Assembly (NCBI GenBank): GCA_963823665.1 | Contig: CAWGMQ010000004.1 | Location: 320,001-384,000 of the forward strand | Length of the DNA: 64,000 nt | From: an uncultured Planctomycetota bacterium | GTDB lineage: Bacteria > Planctomycetota > Planctomycetia > Isosphaerales > Isosphaeraceae | Reading direction: 5' to 3' | Shown here: in pieces, positions 32,900-41,374 of the stretch | How the letters are laid out: the number at the start of each line of letters is the position of its first letter | Numbering within the stretch: the stretch's first letter is position 1 | Made by a program: the position numbers and the translations under genes | The notes under the pieces: generated by a model | The model's database searches: none | What the model saw: the letters and a program-made list of their open reading frames with translations, nothing else | What the model was told of the DNA's origin: nothing

Positions 32900-33937
32900 A
32901 TGCGATCGCGCCTGATCCTGCCGACGCTCGTGGTTGGCGCACTTCTCCTCGTTGCGGGGCCATCGATCCAAGCGTGCTGCTGGCTCCGCGTTCCGCGGTG
33001 GCATTTCCGATGTCTCAGTCCCGCGCCGTGCCCGCGACTCTGTTACGACGGGAACAGGTTCGGCCAGCGTAGCGTGTCGGCTTGCGCAGATACTCGCGTG
33101 TACCAGTCGTCGGTGGATTGCGTTCCGCGGGAAAACTACCAGGCTAAGGCGTCTGAAAACTTGCTAGCGCCTGGTAGAACCCTGCCGGCCGTGAACAATA
33201 CGATCGCTCCGGACACCCCCGTCGCAGTTTTACCCCGCGCAAATTGGCCTGAGGATCCATCGACGTTTGCGGCATCTATCGCCTGGGGTGACGGGCAGAA
33301 GAGCGATGGCCGGCTGTTCCTCGATTCAGGTGGTGGGTTCGCAGTCCTGGGCGGTCACGATTACGGGGCCGCAACTGCGGCTGGTTCCAAGCCGGTAACG
33401 GTTACGATCACCAGACAAAACGGCCAGATCGTCAGAGTCGTGGACAGCATAGCGAGCCTTTTGCCGGCACGCGCAGCTGCGCCGCCCGCGACGACTGGGT
33501 CGCAGCCCGCCGATCCCGCGGTGAAGCCCGCGAAAGCCCCCGACGCAAAGCCGCCCGCAGACCCCGAGGTAGACCCGCCCGGTGGCCGGAAGGCAGAGAA
33601 GGCAAAGGAGGGCGCGGCCCTGTCTCGTTCGGTCGACGCCGAGATCGCCGCGATCCGGCGCTCGTTCGAAGAGCCGGCATCGGGCACCTCCCAGACGGCG
33701 CGCCTGGTCACGCCGCGGACGGTCGACGATGAGATCGCGGCGATCCGGCGCTCGTTTGACGAGCCGGTAGCGATCGCCCGTACGCGACCGGCGCTTCCGC
33801 TCAGCAAGCAAACGGTTGATGCTGAGATAGCGGCGATTCGGCGCACGTTCGACGAGCCCACATCGGCCGTCGCCGACACGAAACCGCTGCCTGCTGATGC
33901 TTTGCGAGTTCTAGTATCCCGTGCCGACACCGATTAG
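32900..33937 (+). CDS. Secreted hypothetical protein with one WGDG domain and three C-terminal repeats
   Basis: Signal peptide and Cys-rich N-terminus; FAASIAWGDG...GHDY; 3x VDxEIAAIRRxFxEP. Confidence 0.7.
   Translation: MRSRLILPTLVVGALLLVAGPSIQACCWLRVPRWHFRCLSPAPCPRLCYDGNRFGQRSVSACADTRVYQSSVDCVPRENYQAKASENLLAPGRTLPAVNNTIAPDTPVAVLPRANWPEDPSTFAASIAWGDGQKSDGRLFLDSGGGFAVLGGHDYGAATAAGSKPVTVTITRQNGQIVRVVDSIASLLPARAAAPPATTGSQPADPAVKPAKAPDAKPPADPEVDPPGGRKAEKAKEGAALSRSVDAEIAAIRRSFEEPASGTSQTARLVTPRTVDDEIAAIRRSFDEPVAIARTRPALPLSKQTVDAEIAAIRRTFDEPTSAVADTKPLPADALRVLVSRADTD
33626..33859 (+). repeat. Three in-frame ~51-bp repeats encoding (R/Q)(S/T)VD(A/D)EIAAIRR(S/T)F(E/D)EP
   Basis: Copies start near 33626, 33716 and 33809, separated by non-identical ~40-bp in-frame linkers. 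Confidence 0.85.
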
Positions 33938-34085
33938 CCGCGGTTTGCCTGTCCGTTGATCTTCGGCGCGATGTTCGTCGCGCTCAGATTCTCGGTCCGC
34001 GCAGATCGACACGGGCTTTCTTGGCACCGTGAACCACTTCGCCGCCCGCTTCGACGTCCACCACCTCCGATGCTCTCGGTCCACT

Positions 34086-34459
34086 TCAACTGTGATCGCT
34101 GGGCTCTGCACTCGTGTCCGGCGGACGGATCCGCACGCGGCCTGGAAGCGCGGTGACGACGGCCCCAGCTTGCAGTTCGGGGCCGTGTGTTGACAGGATG
34201 TGCTGGATAACACGGGCTGCCGGGCCGCGAAACCAGCGATTCTGAGGAGCCCGCAGTGCTGCAGCCCCATTACGATCGCGAGCTCACCGAAGTCCTTGTC
34301 CAGCGTTACCAAAATACGCCCTTCGCGATGAGCGATGGCCATGATCTCCTCATCTCCTGGATCTGTGTCCCATTCGTCGGACCAGAGGACGTCATGGCCA
34401 TTCGACCGCAGCTCCGGAGCCGCGCCACCCCAGACGCACGAATCGAGCAGGAGCTTCAA
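34086..34459 (-). CDS. DUF5615 family PIN-like toxin, frameshift ~34218
   Basis: MKLLLDSC...DPGDEEI...ILVTLDKDFGEL; C-terminus GAVVTALPGRVRIRPP in another frame. Confidence 0.85.
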
Positions 34460-34707
34460 TTGGCGCCTTCCAGGACCAGGGGCTCGATACGCTCATGGCC
34501 GACATGGTTCCGCGCGAACATCAAGCAAGCGCGAATATCTTCGGGTTCGAGCCAAGGATACCCCTCCAGAATCGTTTCAGGCGTATCTCCGGCCGCCAGC
34601 ATATCCAGCACGTGTTCCACGGCAAGTCTGCGGCCGCGGACGATCGGCTTACCGCCGAAAATGTGCGGGTTGACGGTGATTCGACAAAGCAAGTCGTGTT
34701 CGTTCAC
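34456..34707 (-). CDS. DUF433 family antitoxin
   Basis: RITVNPHIFGGKPIVRGRRLAV...ILEGYPWLEPEDIRACL; overlaps the toxin start. Confidence 0.92.
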   Translation of the reverse strand: MNEHDLLCRITVNPHIFGGKPIVRGRRLAVEHVLDMLAAGDTPETILEGYPWLEPEDIRACLMFARNHVGHERIEPLVLEGAN

Positions 34708-34982
34708 AGCAGAAGCTCCGCGAACTTGTATCTCGAATCTCACGCGATCTTGAAAACCCGCTCGAAGTCAGCGTCATTGTAACCTGCCGTCCACCTCCGA
34801 GCACACGCAAACCCGCCTTGACCCCCACGCCAGGCCCGGTACGCTGGCGCCTCGCTCGAACTAAACCATACAGAAACCGGTCCTGGGTTCCTAAAACCAC
34901 ACCGGCTCGAAACCGCTTTCCTCTTGACGAATCCGACGTCCAGATCATACTTTGCAGCGAAACCAGGTGGCTTGCTTTTGCC

Positions 34983-35131
34983 GGGTGGGTACAACCCACC
35001 GTGTCGGAGCGGCAAGCGGCGGTAGGGGGATGGAGCGCGAGGCCGGAGGTAACCGGCATACAGAATCGGTGGGTTCCACCCACCCTACGGACGGCCGGTT
35101 TCCTTGCTCGTAGGGTGGGTGCAACCCACCG
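34983..35131. repeat. REP-like palindromic repeat cluster, 3 copies of (CGTA)GGGTGGGTGCAACCCACCG in alternating orientation
   Basis: Copies at 34983-35001 (+), 35067-35089 (-), 35109-35131 (+); GTAG tetranucleotide followed by a hairpin. Confidence 0.8.
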
Positions 35132-35176
35132 TATCAAGAAGGATCGCCGTTTCCGCGGTAAGGGAGTACCCGGGGC

Positions 35177-36855
35177 ATGAGGCATGACTTGATCCGGCGG
35201 CTCGAGGGGCTCGGCCATCCGCGCGTTGTGGTCATCGGCGACCTGATCCTCGACCGTTACATCTGGGGGTTTGCCGAGCGAATCAGCCAGGAAGCCCCCG
35301 TCCCGCTCTTGCGGGCCGATCAGCGCGAGCATCGCCTGGGGGCGCTGCCAGCGTCGCAACCATGCTGCGGGCACTGGGCGCGGAGGTCACGCTCGCCGGC
35401 GGCGTTGGCTGCGATGCCGAAGCCGAACTGGTTCGGCGGATGCTCCTGGTGCAGGGGATCGACGACCGGCTGGTGCTGCCCCTGGACGATCGGCCAACCA
35501 CGCTCAAGGAGCGCTACATCGGCCGGGCGCAAGACCGCCACCCGCAGCAGATGATCCGCGTCGACTATGAAAAATGCGACCCGGTGCCGGCACTGTTCGA
35601 AACACGCCTGCACGGCGAGCTCGATGCCATACTCGCGCAGGCGGACATCGTCCTGGTCTCGGACTATGGCAAAGGCGTCTGCACTCCAACACTCCTGCGC
35701 ACCGTCATCGAAAAATCCCGGGCGGCCGGTAAGTGCGTGCTCGCCGACCCGATCCGGTCGAGCGACTACAGCCGCTATCGCGGCGTGCACTGCATGACCC
35801 CGAATCGGCTCGAAGCGCAGCTCGCCACCGGAATGACGATCGCCCGCGCCGAAGACGCGATCCGGGTCGGGCAGAAGCTGGTGGAAAGCCTCGAAATGGA
35901 GGCCGTACTCGTCACCCTTGACCGCGAAGGAATGGCACTCGTGCGCGCCGACGGCCGCGCTGAAGTGCTGCCGACCCGGCCGCGACAGGTCTATGACATC
36001 ACCGGAGCCGGCGACATGGTGCTCGCCGTCGTCGGCCTCTGCCTGGCCAGCGGCGCTGACTACGCGGAAGCCGCCGCTCTGGGCAACGTGGCCGGTGGGC
36101 TCGAGGTCGAGAAGTTCGGCGTGGCCCTCCTGACTCGCGAGGAGATCCACAACGACCTGATCGAACACCACCCATCCGAAGGCGCCAAGGTACTCGACCG
36201 CGATCACCTCAAAGCGGAAGTGCTGCGGCGGCAACGGGCCGGTCAGACCATCGGCTTCACCAACGGTTGCTTCGACCTCCTGCATCCGGGCCACGTGCGT
36301 TTGCTGCGCGAGGCAGCGGGCCATTGCGATTTTCTGGCCGTCGGCCTGAACTCCGACGCAAGCATAAAACGTCTGAAGGGCCCCAGCCGCCCGATCAATC
36401 CGGCCGAAGCGCGCGCCGAGGTCTTGAGCGCCCTCGAAGCCGTCGATGCCGTGACGATCTTCGATGAAGACACCCCGCTCGAGCTGATCAGCGCCATCCA
36501 GCCCGATGTCCTCATCAAGGGAGGAGACTACCGCCCCGATCAGGTGGTCGGCAGAGACGAAGTCGAAGCCACGGGTGGCCGCCTGGTGATCGTCCCGCTA
36601 TTCGAAGGCCACTCCACGACCGGCATGGTCAACCGCGCGTCCGAACGCGAAGCCACGCCGCACGGCGGCAGAGCGGTCCCACCGCCGCACCACACTCGAG
36701 CAGGGGCGCAGGCCCCCTTGGCGCACAGGTGGAACTTCGCCGTAACCGGGGCTAGAATGCGATCTAGTCCGAGTATTTCCCGTGGCCGAAAGCCTCACCG
36801 GGAATGCGACTCCCGGTTGCTCCGATCATTCGCTCGTCATGATGGACGTGTGTGA
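35177..36855 (+). CDS. hldE: Bifunctional D-glycero-beta-D-manno-heptose-7-phosphate kinase / 1-phosphate adenylyltransferase; G-run frameshift ~35340
   Basis: RISQEAPVP, SDYGKG, VYDITGAGD (PfkB kinase) plus FTNGCFDLLHPGH, GLNSDAS, KGGDY. Confidence 0.92.
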
Positions 36856-38033
36856 AGCCGATCTCGCGAATCCGAACGCCCCGGACAAAACGCCTCTCCT
36901 GGCTCTTGCTGGGCGCGGGGGCAGTCGGCGGGCTCATTGGTCTTTCAGTGACCGTGAGTTTGATCAGTGGTTCGCGCGAGCAAATGCGGAGCCAGGCCGA
37001 GGCAGCCGCACGCGGCGGTGATTGGGGCAGGGCCCTCAAGATCTGGCGGGAGATCAATTCGAGTGACGGTGCGAACGGGCTTTCGCACCTGGGCGAAGCG
37101 CGGGCTTCCCTAGCACTGAGCCGGGCGTTCCAGAGCGAACAGGCTTTGCGGCGCTCGGTTGCCGCCGATCCCGATAACCTCGAATCCTGGCAACTATTGC
37201 TCCAGATCCTGCGGGTCGAAGATCGAGCGCTCGATGCATCACGGACCGGCTGGGAGGCTTATGGAAGCGTACGTCCCGAATCGCGCGCCACCGTGCTGAA
37301 GGAGCTGACGCTCGGTCTCCTGGCCGAGCTGCCCGATGATGACGTCAGGAGAACTCTGCGGCGATGGATCGATGCCGACAAGAACGACCTTGATGCCCGG
37401 GTTGCACTGATCGAGCGGATGGCAATTCAGCCGCGCGCCGGCGATCCCGACCGCGCGACTCTGCTGGCCGACCTGGAAACGATCGTCGCGGAGCACCCGG
37501 ACCACATCGCAGCCCGGGAGGCACTCGTGACCGCTCTCGCCGATGCCGGCGAGCCCGAGCGAGGACGTGCGATCCTGGGCGAGTGGCCCGCGAGCGCTCG
37601 CGATTCTCGATACTGGCGTCTTCTCGGCCGCTGGAACCTCGAATACGACGACCGGCCCGCGGAGGCCGCGACCGCATTTCGCACCGCTCTCGAGGAGGCA
37701 CCCCAGGACTGGCGCTCGTGGTACCGGCTCGCCCGCGCCCTGCGCGCGCTCGGCCGCGAGGAAGAAAGCCGCCAGGCTGCCGACACCGTTCGTCGAATCC
37801 GCGGGGCACTCGATCCGCTTCAGTTGCGACCGTTGCTCGACGAAAGCCTGCGACACCTCGGCGACCCGGCGTCACTTGAAAAACTCGCCGCTCTCTGCAA
37901 GCGCGCTGGTCTGGCTCGCCTGGGCGACGCGTGGGACAAGGAGGCGGAGAGCGCTTCACGAGGTGCGGGCACAGGGGCCTTGGAATCGCCCGAAGCCGCC
38001 GGTGGCCGCGACACGCGCCTCTCGGTTCCATAA
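36852..38033 (+). CDS. Membrane-anchored TPR repeat protein
   Basis: N-terminal hydrophobic segment; TPR-like helices such as FRTALEEAPQDWRSWYRLARALRALGR. Confidence 0.8.
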   Translation: MKPISRIRTPRTKRLSWLLLGAGAVGGLIGLSVTVSLISGSREQMRSQAEAAARGGDWGRALKIWREINSSDGANGLSHLGEARASLALSRAFQSEQALRRSVAADPDNLESWQLLLQILRVEDRALDASRTGWEAYGSVRPESRATVLKELTLGLLAELPDDDVRRTLRRWIDADKNDLDARVALIERMAIQPRAGDPDRATLLADLETIVAEHPDHIAAREALVTALADAGEPERGRAILGEWPASARDSRYWRLLGRWNLEYDDRPAEAATAFRTALEEAPQDWRSWYRLARALRALGREEESRQAADTVRRIRGALDPLQLRPLLDESLRHLGDPASLEKLAALCKRAGLARLGDAWDKEAESASRGAGTGALESPEAAGGRDTRLSVP

Positions 38034-38122
38034 CTCACTAAGCGTACTTGCTTTGCACCTGAGAACGCAGCAACCATGGAGGACGAGGGTTAAGATCCTT
38101 TCGCGGCCATGGAGCGAAAGCC

Positions 38123-38386
38123 ATGACGATCAGCTTCGAGATACCGCAAGAGATCGAGCAGCAGGTCCGCATCAACGGGGCGGACCTCGACAGGGAAGCG
38201 CGAGAGTTATTCCTCGTCGAGCTCTACCGGCAGGAGCGAATCACCCATTACCAACTAGCCGAGGCTCTGGGGCTGAGCCGCTACGAGACTGACGGCGTTC
38301 TCAAACGGCACAAGGTCTGGCTCGAGTTGACTTCTGAAGAGTTGGCGGATCAAGCAGCCTCCCTTCAAGAGGCGCGGCCAAGATGA
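38123..38386 (+). CDS. UPF0175 family antitoxin-like protein
   Basis: VELYRQERITHYQLAEALGLSRYETDGVLKRH. Confidence 0.85.
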   Translation: MTISFEIPQEIEQQVRINGADLDREARELFLVELYRQERITHYQLAEALGLSRYETDGVLKRHKVWLELTSEELADQAASLQEARPR

Positions 38387-38897
38387 TCGTTGTGTCCGAC
38401 ACGACGCCGCTCAATTACCTCATCCTGACCGAGACAGCTCATGTGCTTGCCGCAATCTTTGGGCAAGTCTATGCCCCATCTGCGGTGTTTGATGAGCTTG
38501 CGCACGCGAAGAGCCCAGAAGCTGTTCGGACGTGATCGGGAAGCCCGCCTGCATGGCTCATCATCCAAGATCCGGCGCATGTCGGGCCCTCGAAACTTGG
38601 CCGCGGAGAGGCGGCAGCAATCTTCCTGGCCCTGGAATTGAAAGCGGACCGGGTTCTCATTGACGAGCGCGACGGAAGCAGGGAAGCAGGGAAGCAACGA
38701 GCCGCGGCCTGACAGTGGTCGGCACGCTCGGCATACTCGAGGAAGCCGCGAAACGCGGGCTCATTGACGTCGAACAAAAGATCAACGAACTGAGGGCGAC
38801 GAATTTCCGGGCGAGCGAGAAGCTGTATCAAGCGGTCCTTGAACGTGTGAGAGAATTCGAGCAAGACCGAGAGAAGAAGCTCACAGCCGGGGAGTAA
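38383..38897 (+). pseudogene. DUF3368 PIN-domain toxin pseudogene
   Basis: MIVVSDTTPLNYL...LGRGEAAAI...VLIDERDG...GTLGIL; in-frame TGA at 38533 and an 8-bp tandem duplication (GGAAGCAG) at 38674-38696. Confidence 0.85.
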
Positions 38898-38950
38898 AAA
38901 CCGATAGCGGTCCCCTTCCCCTCGCACAGTAGTCGCTCGAACAACGCGTC

Positions 38951-40080
38951 TCAATCATTCACCGCCGTGCCCGGGCTCGTGTCTCCCTCGGCAAGCTCGC
39001 GCAGGAATTCGAGCGCCTCGTCCAGCTCGCAGACGGCCGCGCCGCGCACCCTCCCGCGGCGGTCCAGCTCATAGAGCAGCATGAGATCATCATAATATTC
39101 AGACTCCTGGAGCCTTGCTCTCGCCTTGGCGCCCAGCGTGCCTGCGCAGTGCCTGGGCGTCCATGTGGTGGGCAATCAGCCACTCCGTGCGCTCGGTGAT
39201 CGAGCCCTCGAGCGCCTGCAGCGCGGCCGCCACATGATCTGACGGGTCGATCGCCTTGCCGACGTCGTGCAAGAGCGCCGCCAGCAGGAGCTCCTCGTCG
39301 TACGGACAGGTTTCCCGCGCCAGCTCGAAAACTTGCAGGCTGTGGTAGAGAGCGTCGCCCTCCGGGTGATGCTTGGGGCTCTGCTTTACGCCTTCCAGCG
39401 GCTCGAGCAGCATGCGGTAGAGCAAGTAAGGGTCGATCTGGTCCTCGACTCGTTCGACCTCGCGCTCCAGATCGATCTCGGGATATTCCTCCCGCAGCAG
39501 CGCTTCCAGCTCGGCGATCGAGGCCCGCTCGATCGCCTTGCCCGTGATCGAGCTCTTGAAGACGTACGAGAGTTTTTCTTCTGGGTAGAGCGTCAGCTCG
39601 AAATTATTAGCATCGTAAACGTGGATGTGAGTGAACGACCGCTCCTCGCCATGCTTGACGATTCGCTTGTGCTCGACGTCGTACTGCACGCCCAGCTCCT
39701 CGAGCGTGTCGGTGACGAGGGCCTGGCTGTCGCAGAAGATGTGGATGTCGATGTCCGACCCCTTGCGCACATGCCCCGTGCGGCACGCTGCCGATCAGCC
39801 GGGGCCGGAACCGCGCCAAGAGCCGCATCAGCCGCAGCGCGTCGAGCCGCATGTCGCGCAGGGTCTCGAGCCGCTTCGGCCCCTCGTGCATGCGGGCCAT
39901 GGCCTGGATCTGGTCGCGGATCTCGCGGTTGCCAGGCAGGTCGGCGGGTCGATGACGATACTCGACTCCGAGCTGCTTGGCGGCTTTTCTCTTGGCGGTG
40001 AAGTACTCGGTTTCGGTCCTGTGATACATCATCTGCGCAGCCAGAAAGGCGATCTGGCGGCGAATGCGTTCATCAGCCAT
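38951..40080 (-). CDS. Nucleotidyltransferase-domain plus HD-domain protein; frameshifts ~39785 and ~39140
   Basis: LIGSV..G..RKGSDIDIH (Pol-beta-type NTase) and HHPEGDALYHSLQV...AALLHDVGK (HD). Confidence 0.8.
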
Positions 40081-40424
40081 GGAGGAAAGTGCGCCGATTT
40101 AAGCCCATCAAGGCGGCGCCGGGCGATGGAATGCGACACGAGCGGCGAGTCGCGATCAGTCGCGACGCAAACGAAGCAGATGAAACGACAGCTTCTGCCT
40201 CTTTAACGATAGCCGCGCAGGCTCGGCCGGTCAACGCGAGCAGAGGAATTGCACGAGCGATTTCGAGCGACGTGCGGCTCCGGTTGGCGAGCCTTCCTTC
40301 CTTATCGGATTGTGCGATGTCGCGAATTCTGCTTTCGATTCATCTTTTGTCAATCGCGTGTGATAATGAACGAGTTGCGCCGCCGGAAACGCAGTTGGCA
40401 CCTTTCTGAACGCGAGGCAGGCTG

Positions 40425-41227
40425 ATGGCCGGGGGTCAAGCCAAAAGAGAGTCGGAGAGGGTCGACGAGCCGGTTTACGTGTTTCGCGAAGGGCCCTCCG
40501 TACGACTCGCGCGGTGGCGCGCCGCCATCGCGCGTGGGTGCAGGCCGGGACCGCCGCACTCGCGGCCGTGCTGGCGACAATAGCCACGCTCGCGGTCGAC
40601 AGCGCGCGCCGATCCGAGCGGGATGCGCGCGCCATGGCCACGCTCGCCCTGCGCGTGCAAAGTGCCGCCAACGCTCAGGCCGATGCCGAGGTCAAGCAGG
40701 CCAACATCGCGTTCTCGAAACAACTGGCCACGTTGCATGGCAAGATCGGCGAGCTCGAGCTCTCGCTTGGGCACCGCGCGGAGGCGATCAAGGCGCTTGA
40801 ATCGGCAGAAGAGCTCCTGGCGCGTAACGCTGAGCCCAACCCGGACCTATCGACCGTTCGCAACCGGCTCGCGATCGTGCGCAACGGAGTCGCCATGGCA
40901 CTCCGCGACGTGGGCCGGCACGTCGAAGCGCGAGCCGCCCTCGAGAAGAACCTCCGCCTTCTCGAGCGCCGGAGCGAGCTTGTGTCCCCTGAGATCTATC
41001 AAATCGCCAGGGCTTATGCGATCCGGTCCTCGCTCGATGACAATATCGGCGGACAGGATCACGACGCCCGGACCGCGATGGCGAGCCTTCGCCGCGCGAT
41101 AGCAGCCGGGTTTTGTAATTCGTCCGAGCTGCGAGCCGACCCAGCCCTCGACCGAATCCGCGATCGATTTGACTTCCGTCTCTTGCTCATGGATATGGAG
41201 TTCCCCGCCGAAGTCTTCCAACCTTGA
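40425..41227 (+). CDS. TPR-like protein matching the post-kinase tail of planctomycete Ser/Thr kinases, with no kinase domain; frameshift ~40515
   Basis: DEPV...RW-ARRHR, then a TM helix and TPR, ending LRADPALDRIRDRFDFRLLLMDMEFPAEVF. Confidence 0.65.
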
Positions 41228-41374
41228 CGGGCCAGAACGTCCATTCATCTTTCCAGGTTGGGCGGCCCAGCGGACTGAAGAATTCGAGATTGGAAACGCC
41301 GCCGCCGGGAAGTACATGGAAGATCAATTGCCACAGAGGTATTTTGGCCGCCGGCACGGGAGGGAGCTTCTACC

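Noticed and set aside
33626..33859. CRISPR-like repeat-spacer pattern
   Set aside because: Repeats are in frame, vary mainly at synonymous positions and number only three; there is no leader or cas gene.
35338..35342. Programmed frameshift or phase variation in hldE
   Set aside because: A short G5 run missing one base fits the window-wide indel error pattern.
38533..38535. TGA recoded as Trp or Sec
   Set aside because: TGA is the normal stop of many genes in the window, and the same gene carries a second lesion.
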